Source: Acidimicrobiia bacterium
GTDB lineage: Bacteria; Actinomycetota; Acidimicrobiia; IMCC26256; JACDBD01
Assembly: GCA_050743365.1 (NCBI GenBank)
Contig: JBOGFI010000037.1
Coordinates: 1 to 49,570, forward strand
Direction of reading: 5' to 3'
DNA: 49,570 bases
Part shown: positions 1 through 7,852 of the stretch, piece by piece
Layout: the number at the start of each line of letters is the position of its first letter
Position numbering within the stretch: position 1 is the first letter of the stretch
The notes under the pieces: generated by a model
Told to the model about the DNA's origin: nothing
The model's database searches: none
Seen by the model: only the letters and a program-made list of their open reading frames with translations
Program-made: the position numbers and the translations under genes

Positions 1-213
1 GTCGTAGATCGTGCGCGCAAGCTCGCGCGCCCGCTCGCTTCGGCCCCATGCATCGACGTCGCCGCGACGCAGCTCGGTGTCGTCGGGCTCGGCCTCGGGC
101 GGGATGGGCACCAGGTCGGTGCTCGCCGGCGGCGCCTCGACGTCGACCTCGTCTACCTCGTCGGGCTCGCGCAAATGGATGCTGGGGGACTGCTTGTCCC
201 ACGCGTCGGACAT
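1..213 (-). CDS. Partial CDS (5' end present, runs off the left window edge); hypothetical, N-terminus resembles actinobacterial acyltransferase-type proteins
   Basis: ATG at 213. Translation is MSDAWDKQSPSIHLREPDEVDEVDVEAPPASTDLVPIPPEAEPDDTELRRGDVDAWGRSERARELARTIYD... Third positions are G/C-rich, and the alternative frame is R-rich junk. The ORF track omits it because it is open to the edge. Confidence 0.45.
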   Translation of the reverse strand, partial: MSDAWDKQSPSIHLREPDEVDEVDVEAPPASTDLVPIPPEAEPDDTELRRGDVDAWGRSERARELARTIYD

Positions 214-262
214 CCATGGAAGGAAATCGCGTCGAGGCGATCGGTGCAAACTGCATCGGCGA

Positions 263-1588
263 TCAGGCTGTTCGCACGGCTCCAGTCACCAGCCAGCGGG
301 ACCCCGCGAACCGGGTCGCCATGCCGACGCAGCGGGCGCCCATCCAGAGCGCCAGCGCACCCCACAGCCAGAGCAACCCGCCGCCGAGCACGAGCACGGC
401 GATTGCCGCCGGCACGTAGACGAGGAGCGCGCCGAGCATCGCCAGCGCGAGGTACGTGACGTCGCCGGCGCCGATCAGCACGCCGTCGAGCACGAACACG
501 ACCGCGTTGAGCGGCTGGAGCGCGGCCACGAGCCAGAGCAGGTCGAGCGCCAGGGCGCGGACCGAGCCGTCATCGGTGAAGAGCGGCACCAGCCACGGCC
601 GAGAAAGGGCGACCAGCGCGCCGAGGCCGATCCCGGCCGCCAGCCCCCACTCGACCATCCGGCGCGCCGCGGCGCGTGCGCTGCCGGGGTCGCCGGCTCC
701 GAGGAAGCGGCCGATCATCGCCTGGCCGGCGATGGCCACCGCGTCCAGCGAGAGGCCGAGGAAGAGCCAGATCTGGAACGCCACCTGGTGGGCGGCCACC
801 GGCGCGTCGCCGATGCGCGACGCGACCGCGGTGGCGGCAGTGAGCGCGAGGAGCAGCGATCCTGTGCGCAGCACCAGCTGGCCGCCCACGACGGCTGCGC
901 CTCGGATGTCGGCGGCGTGCGGCCGCACGCTCGCTCCTTCCGCCGCCACGGTACGGGCGAGCAGCCAGACGTAGGTGAGCGCCGCGCCCACCTGCGCCGT
1001 CACCGTGCCCCAGGCCGAGCCCGCGATGCCGAGGTCGAAGCCGTACACGAGCACGATCTCGAGCAACAGGTTGACGACGTTGGCCGCGACTGCGATGACC
1101 AGGGTCGTGCGCGTGTCCTGGAGCCCGCGCAGGTACCCCATGCCGGCGAGCATCAGCAGCATGAACGGCGCGCCGAGCAGGCTGATACGGAGGTACGTGA
1201 GGGCCGGCGGGGCCACCGAGCGCGACGCGCCCATCACGTCGACGATGGTCGGGGCGATCCCGAGGCCGACGGCCGTGAGCATCACGCCCAGGCCGACCGC
1301 CAGCCACAGTCCGGCCACGCCCTGCTCGGCCGCCGCCTGCCGGTTGCCGGCGCCGACGCGCCGCGCCACCGCCGCCGTGGTGGAGTAGGCGAGGAAGTTG
1401 AAGATGTTGAACACCGCCACCAGCACGCTGCCCGCCACCGCGAGCCCACCCAGCGGATCGGTCCCCAGATGCCCGACGATGGCGGTGTCGACGAGGATGT
1501 AGAGCGGCTCGACCGCCAGCGCGCCGAGCGCGGGGAGCGCGAGACGGGCGATCTCCCGGTCGTGACCACTGCGCCGCTCGGGCCGCAT
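263..1588 (-). CDS. MATE family efflux transporter (DinF-like)
   Basis: This is the inner part of tracked ORF 263..2464. The real protein starts at MRPERRSGHDREIARLALPALGALAVEPLYILVDTAIVGHLG and is a roughly 12-TM hydrophobic protein of 441 aa. The upstream 292 codons are an R/P-rich shadow of the DUF72 gene. Confidence 0.9.
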   Translation of the reverse strand: MRPERRSGHDREIARLALPALGALAVEPLYILVDTAIVGHLGTDPLGGLAVAGSVLVAVFNIFNFLAYSTTAAVARRVGAGNRQAAAEQGVAGLWLAVGLGVMLTAVGLGIAPTIVDVMGASRSVAPPALTYLRISLLGAPFMLLMLAGMGYLRGLQDTRTTLVIAVAANVVNLLLEIVLVYGFDLGIAGSAWGTVTAQVGAALTYVWLLARTVAAEGASVRPHAADIRGAAVVGGQLVLRTGSLLLALTAATAVASRIGDAPVAAHQVAFQIWLFLGLSLDAVAIAGQAMIGRFLGAGDPGSARAAARRMVEWGLAAGIGLGALVALSRPWLVPLFTDDGSVRALALDLLWLVAALQPLNAVVFVLDGVLIGAGDVTYLALAMLGALLVYVPAAIAVLVLGGGLLWLWGALALWMGARCVGMATRFAGSRWLVTGAVRTA

Positions 1589-1599
1589 CGGGTTGGAAC

Positions 1600-2442
1600 C
1601 TACCGCCGCGCCCCCACCACCCTGACGCTCGCCGGGTCCGGGGCCCTCGTCGGGCGAAGGCCGGCTCGCTCCGACAGCCGCGCGAACCGGGCCGCGTTGC
1701 GCACCGCGCAGGCACGAGGGTCGTTGTTGAAGAAGACGTAGCAGTCCTCGCCGGCGGACCAGCCGTCGGCGAGGCGCTCGACCCACCGGGCGAGGGCCCG
1801 GTCGCCGTAGCATGGCCGGGGCGACGCCGTGCCCTCGTGGAGCCGCAGGAACGCCCAACCGGCGGTGCGCTCCACGGGGCCGAGCCGGCCGACGCGATCG
1901 ATGAGGCATAGGGCGGCGTCGTGGCGGGCGAGCAGCTGGTAGACCTCGTCGGTGAACCACGAGTCGTGGCGCGGCTCCACCGCGACCCGGCGCCGGGCCG
2001 GGAACCGCTCGAGCGTCTCGGCGAGTCGGCCCACGTCGACTCGGAGATTCGGCGGGAGCTGGAGCAGCACCGGGCCGAGCTTCGGGCCGAGACCGCTGGC
2101 GTGATCGAGCATTCGCTTCACCGGCTCCCGGGGCTCCCGCAGCCGCCGGACGTGGGTCAGGAACCTGTTCGCCTTGATGACGAACACGAAGTCCTCGGGA
2201 GTACGGCGACGCCAGTCCTCGAATGTCTTGCGGTCGGGGAGGCGGTAGAAGGTGTTGTTGACCTCGACCGTGGCGAAGCGCTCGGCGTAGTGCTCGAGCC
2301 AGGCCCGCTGAGGGAGGTCGCGCGGGTAGAAGGCGGGCCGCCAGTCCCGGTACTGCCAGCCCGACGTCCCGACGATCAGGGGCACACCGCCGTTGTACCT
2401 CGCGATGAGGTGATAGGTGTCGTACCCCCGTGGGATGCTCAC
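1600..2442 (-). CDS. DUF72 family protein
   Basis: Motifs IVGTSGWQYRDWRPAFYP...VEVNNTFYRLP...FVFVIKANRFLTH are typical of DUF72 (YecE-like). An alternative GTG start at 2385 (VPLIVGTSGW) is possible. Confidence 0.85.
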   Translation of the reverse strand: MSIPRGYDTYHLIARYNGGVPLIVGTSGWQYRDWRPAFYPRDLPQRAWLEHYAERFATVEVNNTFYRLPDRKTFEDWRRRTPEDFVFVIKANRFLTHVRRLREPREPVKRMLDHASGLGPKLGPVLLQLPPNLRVDVGRLAETLERFPARRRVAVEPRHDSWFTDEVYQLLARHDAALCLIDRVGRLGPVERTAGWAFLRLHEGTASPRPCYGDRALARWVERLADGWSAGEDCYVFFNNDPRACAVRNAARFARLSERAGLRPTRAPDPASVRVVGARR

Positions 2443-2445
2443 GGC

Positions 2446-2763
2446 GTGGACGCGCCTCCCGCACTGCGCTTCGCCCGCACCGCCCGTCGGCTGGGCGCCG
2501 CGGCCCGGGCGGCCGGGCTCACCGTCCCCGCGTTCCGGTGTCCACCCCGCCTGGCCGGCGCCCCCCGGACGATCCGCCGGTACACCGGCGGGGCGGTGAT
2601 CTCGGTGCAGCTCCGGGAGCGGCCGTTCGAGCAGGTGGCAGCGGACATGGTGGAGGGGGTGATCGTCGCCAACCGCCTCGGCGGCGTGGCCGCGGCCCGC
2701 CTGCGCTCCGCCCTTGCCGATGCGGCCGAGGCCCCCCGCACCGACGACGCCCGGGCGGCGTAG
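2446..2763 (+). CDS. Small conserved hypothetical protein (actinobacterial family)
   Basis: C-terminal part of tracked ORF 1921..2763, from the GTG at 2446: VDAPPALRFARTARRLGAAARAAGLTVPAFRCPPRLAGAPRTIRRYTGGAVISVQLRERPFEQVAADMVEGVIVANRL... GC3 is high. I recall similar small proteins in other actinobacteria. The start is uncertain. Confidence 0.5.
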   Translation: MDAPPALRFARTARRLGAAARAAGLTVPAFRCPPRLAGAPRTIRRYTGGAVISVQLRERPFEQVAADMVEGVIVANRLGGVAAARLRSALADAAEAPRTDDARAA

Positions 2764-2767
2764 CGAA

Positions 2768-3244
2768 ATGCTCTCGTGGGAGGAGTTCGAGCGCGAACGA
2801 CCGGACCTCGCGGGAGCCGGCCGGGGGCTGCTGTCCCAATTCGGTGGTGTCGGGCTCGCGTTCCTTGCGACCGTGAGGCGTGACGGGGGCCCGCGGGTTC
2901 ACCCGATGTGCCCCCTCGTCGAGCGCGGAGGCCTCTTCGCGTTCCTGGTGCCCTCTCCCAAGCGCGCCGACTTGGTTCGAGACCGTCGGTATGCCATGCA
3001 CTCGTTCCCGTCGCCGGTGAACGAGGACGCCTTCTATCTCGCCGGCGTCGCTGAAGCGCGCCCCGAAGCCGATCTCAGGGAGGCCCTGGCGGCTGTCTGG
3101 TTCCGAGAACGAGACTTGGACGCCCCGCCGCCCGGGTTCGACGAGGAGTTGCTCTTCGAGTTCCGAATCGATGCGTGCCTGCTCACCCGGACGACCGGCC
3201 ACGGCGACTACAGCCCCCGACATACGGTCTGGACGGCAGGGTGA
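2768..3244 (+). CDS. Pyridoxamine 5'-phosphate oxidase (PPOX) family protein
   Basis: ATG at 2768 (MLSWEEFERERPDLAGAGRGLLSQFGGVGLAFLATVRRDGGPRVHPMCP...), a split-barrel PPOX-like N-terminus. The upstream 18 codons of the tracked ORF are unlikely to be translated. Confidence 0.75.
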   Translation: MLSWEEFERERPDLAGAGRGLLSQFGGVGLAFLATVRRDGGPRVHPMCPLVERGGLFAFLVPSPKRADLVRDRRYAMHSFPSPVNEDAFYLAGVAEARPEADLREALAAVWFRERDLDAPPPGFDEELLFEFRIDACLLTRTTGHGDYSPRHTVWTAG

Positions 3245-3295
3245 GGAGAAAGGCCGGGAGCGGCGAGCGCCCGGCGGGTACGGCAGTCTGTCCCC

Positions 3296-4042
3296 ATGCC
3301 TCCCACCGACCTCCGCCAGATCGCGTTCCTCGCCCCGATGCGCTCGGAGCTGCGCCCGCTCGTGCGAGCGCTTTCGCTGCGCCGAACCCGCGTCGGCGAC
3401 TTCGACGTGTACCGGGGAGCCGTGGGCGACACGGAGGTCGTCGCCAGCCTCACGACGATCGGGACGGTCGCCGCTGCCGAAGCCACCGAACGGCTCCTGC
3501 ACGGGTTTCCCTCTACCGACCACGTGGTCGTCGTCGGCATCGCCGGCGGGGTCGGCCCGAACGTGGGAGTCGGCGACCTGATCGTCCCCGAGATCGTCGT
3601 CGACGGCGCGACGGGGCGCGAGTACCGCCCGGCACCCCTGGGTGCGGGCACAGGCGCGGTTCGGCCGAGCGGCAAGGTATGGACCTCGGACGAGTTCGTC
3701 ATCGACAAGACGAGGTTGGCGGGCCTCGAGGCCGACGGAGTCGTGGCCCTCGACATGGAGACCGCGGCGGTCGCGGCAGTGTGCGAAGGGCACGCCCGAG
3801 CGTGGTCCGTATTCCGGGCGATCAGCGATCGGGCCGACGAGCACGAAGACAGTTCGGTGTTCGAGCTGGCCCGCGCCGATGGGTCGCCGAACCTGCCCGC
3901 AGTGGCGCGCCTGTTGCTGAGGCGCCCGCGCTACGCCCTCCGGCTGGCCCGCCTCGGGCGCGAGGCAGCGTCGGCCGCACGGACGGCCGCGTCAGCAGCC
4001 GCCCGTGCGCTCCGCGACGAGCGGAGTGCCGAGCGAGGTTGA
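3296..4042 (+). CDS. Nucleoside phosphorylase family (PNP_UDP_1, MTA/SAH nucleosidase-like) protein
   Basis: IAFLAPMRSELRPL...VVVVGIAGGVGPNVGVGDLIVP...VALDMETAAVAAVC...FRAISDRADE matches phosphorylase family 1 motifs. Confidence 0.8.
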   Translation: MPPTDLRQIAFLAPMRSELRPLVRALSLRRTRVGDFDVYRGAVGDTEVVASLTTIGTVAAAEATERLLHGFPSTDHVVVVGIAGGVGPNVGVGDLIVPEIVVDGATGREYRPAPLGAGTGAVRPSGKVWTSDEFVIDKTRLAGLEADGVVALDMETAAVAAVCEGHARAWSVFRAISDRADEHEDSSVFELARADGSPNLPAVARLLLRRPRYALRLARLGREAASAARTAASAAARALRDERSAERG

Positions 4043-4051
4043 AGCCGCCGC

Positions 4052-4501
4052 TTGGCGCTACCGGAGCGGCCTAGTGTCTCGCCCGTGGCTCATCCGCGGA
4101 TGTACCGCGACGACGATCCCTACCTTGCCGAGCTGCGGGCGATCTGCCTGGACCTGCCCGAGTCGGCGGAGGTCGAGGCGTGGGGAAGGCCGACCTTCCG
4201 GGCCGGCAAGAAGATGTTCGCGGTGCTCGCGGGCGACGACGAGCACGCGTACGCCGTGACGTTCAAGCCCGAGGCCGACGAGCGGCTCGCGCTCCTCGAG
4301 GACCCGCGCTTCTACGTGCCGCCCTACTTCGGGCCGGGCGGATGGCTGGCGCTCGACTTCACCGCCGCGCCCGTCGACTGGACCGAGGCCGCCGAGCTCA
4401 TGGAGAGCTCGTATCGCCAGGTCGCCCTGAAGCGCATGCTCGAGGCGCTGGACGAGCGGGGCGGGCTCGGCGCCGCCCAGGACGGTGCCGGGGACGGGTG
4501 A
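4052..4501 (+). CDS. MmcQ/YjbR family DNA-binding protein
   Basis: LRAICLDLPESAEVEAWGRPTFRAGKKMFAVL...PPYFGPGGWLALDF is typical of YjbR. The start may instead be the Met at 4100 (MYRDDDPYL). Confidence 0.8.
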   Translation: MALPERPSVSPVAHPRMYRDDDPYLAELRAICLDLPESAEVEAWGRPTFRAGKKMFAVLAGDDEHAYAVTFKPEADERLALLEDPRFYVPPYFGPGGWLALDFTAAPVDWTEAAELMESSYRQVALKRMLEALDERGGLGAAQDGAGDG

Positions 4502-5033
4502 GCGCGTTCTCGGACGCGCGGAACGCGCCCTCAGCGGGTCTCGAGACGTTCGAGGTACTGACGATGATCGCGGCTCCACCGGGGGACGTCTGGGACCGCG
4601 TGACCACTCCCGCCGGCATCAACGGGGAGCTCAGGCCGTTTGTGCGAATGACGGTCCCGCGGTCGATGAGGGGTAGGACGATCGCCGACGTCGCCGCGGG
4701 ATCCCACGTCGGGCGCAGCTGGCTGCTGCTCTTCGGGGTTCTCCCCTTCGAGTACGACGACATCGGCATCGCCGAGCTCGAATCTGGTTGCCGCTTCGTC
4801 GAGCGCTCCTCCATGCTGAGCATGAGGCAATGGGAGCACGAGCGTACGGTCGTGGGTCGCGCTGGTGGCTGCGAGGTTCAGGACCGCGTGGCTTTCGAGC
4901 TACGCGGTCCCTTGTCGCGGATCCCTGGGTTGGCGCGACTGCTACGTTCGAGTTCTTCGGCGCCCTCTTTCAACATCGGCATCGTCGACTCGCTCGACAC
5001 TTCAGCGAAGCCCTCCCGAACCGGTCCCCTTGA
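4498..5033 (+). pseudogene. SRPBCC (polyketide cyclase-like) family gene with an internal frame break
   Basis: The GTG at 4498 overlaps the upstream stop (GTGA). Frame 1 gives LETFEVLTMIAAPPGDVWDRVTTPAGINGELRPFVRMTVP...AFELRGPLSRIPGLARL. The expected C-terminus TFEFFGALFQHRHRRLARHFSE* is in frame 3 and ends at 5033. Confidence 0.6.
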
Positions 5034-5059
5034 CCTGGAACCGCCAGCAGATTCCCCGG

Positions 5060-5170
5060 AAGCTCCACGACAGCCACGGCGGCCGAGACGACAACCGACT
5101 CGACAACCTACGTATCCTGTGCCCGAACCACCATGCTCGGACGCCGACCTACCGCGACAGGAACATCGCC
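5060..5170 (+). pseudogene. HNH endonuclease remnant (C-terminal fragment only)
   Basis: Frame 2 reads KLHDSHGGRDDNRLDNLRILCPNHHARTPTYRDRNIA. This resembles the actinobacterial HNH signature H-x-G-x-x-DN-R-x-x-NL-x-x-LCPNCH-x-x-T. The second Cys is replaced (CPNHH), and there is no N-terminal domain or start. Confidence 0.5.
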
Positions 5171-5182
5171 AACGCGCGCTGG

Positions 5183-5256
5183 GCCCCCGTATCCCAACTG
5201 GCAGAGGAGAGGGTCTTAAACACCCTTCAGTGTGGGTTCGACTCCCACCGGGGGCA
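5183..5256 (+). tRNA. tRNA-like gene, class-I size, anticodon UAA (Leu codon UUA/UUG), discriminator A
   Basis: Hand fold: GCCCCCG-TA-TCCC-AACTGGCAG-AGGA-G-AGGGT-CTTAAAC-ACCCT-TCAGT-GTGGG-TTCGACT-CCCAC-CGGGGGC-A. It has a 7-bp acceptor, 5-bp anticodon stem and 5-bp T stem. U8, A14, G18G19, U33, A37, G53, T54-T55-C56, A58 and C61 are all present. No CCA is encoded. Confidence 0.55.
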
Positions 5257-5282
5257 CGTCGTTCATGCAGGTCATGGCACGC

Positions 5283-6062
5283 TCACTCGGTGAGATCCGG
5301 GGGCGCCGGTGACTTGCGGCGGCGCAGCTTCCTTCCCAGCCACATCACCGGGTCGTAGCGGGCGTCCACGACCCGCTCCTTCAGGGGAATGATGGCGTTG
5401 TCGGTGATGTGGATGTCCACGGGACAGACCTCGGTGCAGCACTTGGTGATGTTGCACATCCCGAGCCCCGCGCGGGCGTCGAGGAGGTCGCGTCGGTCGT
5501 TCGTGTCGAGAGGGTGCATCTCGAGCGCGGCGTAGCGGATGAACATGCGCGGGCCGGCGAACGCGGTGCGGTTCTCCTCATGGTCGCGGAGGACGTGGCA
5601 CACGTTCTGACAAAGGAAGCACTCGATGCACTTGTGGAACTCCTGGACCCGGTCGATGTCCTCCTGGCGCATCCGGTAGGTCCCGTCGGGTTCCTTCGGA
5701 CCGGGCCGGAACGGCGGCACCTGCTTGGCCATCTCGTAGTTGAACGACACGTCGGTGACGAGGTCACGAATCAACGGGAACGTCCTCATCGGCGCCACGG
5801 TGATCGCCTCGCCCGGTTCGAAGGTGTTCATCCGGGTCATGCAGGTGAGGCGAGGAAGGCCGTTGACTTCCGCGCTGCACGAGCCGCACTTGCCTGCCTT
5901 GCAGTTCCAACGGACGGCAAGATCGTTGGCCTGGGTTGCCTGGAGCCGGAGGAGGACGTCGAGGACGACCTCTCCTTCTTGGGCGACCACGTCGTATTCC
6001 TGGAAGTCCCCACCGCTGGCGTCGCCGCGCCAGATGCGCATCGTGACCGTGCCGGGCATCAC
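5283..6062 (-). CDS. sdhB: Succinate dehydrogenase/fumarate reductase iron-sulfur subunit
   Basis: WNCKAGKCGSCSAEVNG...CIECFLCQNVCHV...CNITKCCTEVCP are the three Fe-S cysteine clusters. The ATG overlaps the sdhA stop (ATGA). Confidence 0.95.
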   Translation of the reverse strand: MMPGTVTMRIWRGDASGGDFQEYDVVAQEGEVVLDVLLRLQATQANDLAVRWNCKAGKCGSCSAEVNGLPRLTCMTRMNTFEPGEAITVAPMRTFPLIRDLVTDVSFNYEMAKQVPPFRPGPKEPDGTYRMRQEDIDRVQEFHKCIECFLCQNVCHVLRDHEENRTAFAGPRMFIRYAALEMHPLDTNDRRDLLDARAGLGMCNITKCCTEVCPVDIHITDNAIIPLKERVVDARYDPVMWLGRKLRRRKSPAPPDLTE

Positions 6063-7852
6063 GCGTCCTCCAACAGCTTCTTCAGGTCGTCCGACAGGGG
6101 CGGGAGAGGCTCACGCGCCAGGCTCAGCTCTCCTGCCCGCTCGCGGACGACCACGTTGACCTTTCCGAGCTCTGGGTCGGCAGTGGGGTAGTCGTCCCGG
6201 GTCTGGGCACCGCGGCTCTCCCGGCGCTCCCGAGCCGCGAGCGCGATGCATTCCGAGACGGCGAGCAACGACGGGAGGTCGAGCGCGAGATGCCAGCCGG
6301 GGTTGTACTGACGGTGCCCCTCGACCCGAACCCGAACGGCTCGGTCCCTGAGAACTGTCAGCTCCTCCAGCGCCTTGCCGAGCTCGTCCTCGGTGCGGAT
6401 GATGCCGACGAGGTTGTGCATGCACTCCTGGAGGTCCTGCTGCACGGCATAGGGATTCTCGGCGCCGGCCGCCTCGAACGGTCGGACGGCATGGCGGGCG
6501 AGCTCGTCGATCGCCTCGGTATCGGCGGCGGGTCTCGCCGACAGCCCGGCCGCGTACCGCGCCGCGTACAACCCGGCTCGCCGGCCGAAGACGAGCAGAT
6601 CGGACAGCGAGTTGCCCCCGAGCCGGTTGGCTCCGTGCATGCCACCGGCGCACTCGCCGGCGGCGAACAGCCCGGGAACGGTCGACTCCTGACTTTCGGC
6701 GTCGACGCGCACCCCACCCATCATGTAGTGGCAGGTCGGTCCGACCTCCATCGGCTCCTTGGTGATGTCGACGTCGGCGAGCTGGAGGAACTGGTGGTAC
6801 ATCGACGGCAGCCTGCGCTTGATGTAATCGGGGTCGCGTCGATTGGCGATGTCGAGGAACACGCCCCCATGGGGGCTCCCCCGGCCAGCCTTGATCTCGC
6901 TGTTGATCGCCCGTGCCACCTCGTCCCGGGGCAGGAGGTCGGGGGTGCGCCGGGCGGTCTGCTTGTCCGTGTACCAGCGGTCGGCCTCCTCCTCGGTCTC
7001 GGCGGTCTCGGCACGGAACATCTCGGGGATGTAGCGGAACATGAACCGCTCTCCGAGGGAGTTCTCCAGAACGCCGCCGTCGCCCCTCACGCCCTCGGTG
7101 ACGAGGATGCCGCTCACCGACGGTGGCCACACCATTCCGGTCGGATGGAACTGGACGAACTCCATGTCGATGAGATCGGCGCCGGCCCAGAGCGCCAGCG
7201 CATGGCCGTCGCCGGTGTACTCCCAGGAGTTCGAGGTGATCTTGTAGGCCTTGCCGATCCCGCCCGTGGCGAGCACGACGGCGGGAGCCTGGAACACGAC
7301 GAAGCGGCCCGACTCGCGCCAGTAGCCGAAGGCACCCGCGATTCGCTCGCCCTCTTTGAGCAGGCGGATGATGGTGCACTCCATGAAGACGTCGATGCCC
7401 TTGTGAACGGCGTGATTCTGGAGCGTCCGGATCATCTCGAGACCGGTACGGTCACCGACGTGGGCGAGACGGGCATACCGGTGGCCACCGAAGTCGCGCT
7501 GGAGGATGCGCCCGTCCTCCGTGCGGTCGAAGAGGGCGCCCCACTCCTCGAGCTCGAGCACCCTGTCCGCGGCCTCTTGAGCATGGATCTGCGCCATCCA
7601 CGAGCTGTTGAGGAGCTTGCCGCCCCGCATCGTGTCGCGGAAGTGCACCTTCCAGTCGTCCTCGGGGTACACGTGGCCAAGGGCCGCAGCGATCCCCCCT
7701 TCGGCCATCACCGTGTGCGCCTTGCCGAGCAGCGACTTGCAGACGAGCGCCGTGCGTGCCCCCTGCGCGGAGGCCTCGATCGCCGCGCGCAAGCCCGCCC
7801 CTCCGGCCCCCACGACGATGACGTCGAACGCGTGAATCTCGTACTCGGCCAT
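6059..7852 (-). CDS. sdhA: Succinate dehydrogenase/fumarate reductase flavoprotein subunit
   Basis: Start is at the internal Met, MAEYEIHAFDVIVVGAGGAGLRAAIEA (FAD-binding GxGxxG). Also present: HPTGMVWP and GGNSLSDLLVFGRRAG. The start overlaps the upstream stop (ATGA). Confidence 0.95.
   Translation of the reverse strand: MAEYEIHAFDVIVVGAGGAGLRAAIEASAQGARTALVCKSLLGKAHTVMAEGGIAAALGHVYPEDDWKVHFRDTMRGGKLLNSSWMAQIHAQEAADRVLELEEWGALFDRTEDGRILQRDFGGHRYARLAHVGDRTGLEMIRTLQNHAVHKGIDVFMECTIIRLLKEGERIAGAFGYWRESGRFVVFQAPAVVLATGGIGKAYKITSNSWEYTGDGHALALWAGADLIDMEFVQFHPTGMVWPPSVSGILVTEGVRGDGGVLENSLGERFMFRYIPEMFRAETAETEEEADRWYTDKQTARRTPDLLPRDEVARAINSEIKAGRGSPHGGVFLDIANRRDPDYIKRRLPSMYHQFLQLADVDITKEPMEVGPTCHYMMGGVRVDAESQESTVPGLFAAGECAGGMHGANRLGGNSLSDLLVFGRRAGLYAARYAAGLSARPAADTEAIDELARHAVRPFEAAGAENPYAVQQDLQECMHNLVGIIRTEDELGKALEELTVLRDRAVRVRVEGHRQYNPGWHLALDLPSLLAVSECIALAARERRESRGAQTRDDYPTADPELGKVNVVVRERAGELSLAREPLPPLSDDLKKLLEDA

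Noticed and set aside
11-1741. Many long ORFs in the track: 11..1741, 2519..3844, 3175..4074, 6290..8068, 9698..12241, 15676..17412, 27529..29211, 33186..34868, 35164..37104, 37956..39581, 43717..45078 (N-terminal part), 46555..48456 (N-terminal part) and others
   Set aside because: Their translations are dominated by R/P/G/A runs with no recognisable motifs. Each lies antisense to, or out of frame with, a gene that has clear family motifs and G/C-rich third positions. These are the typical shadow ORFs of high-GC DNA.
5183-5256. tRNA-Sec (selC) identity for the tRNA-like element, prompted by selD in the window
   Set aside because: The anticodon is UAA, not UCA. The acceptor stem is 7 bp, not 8, and there is no long variable arm.
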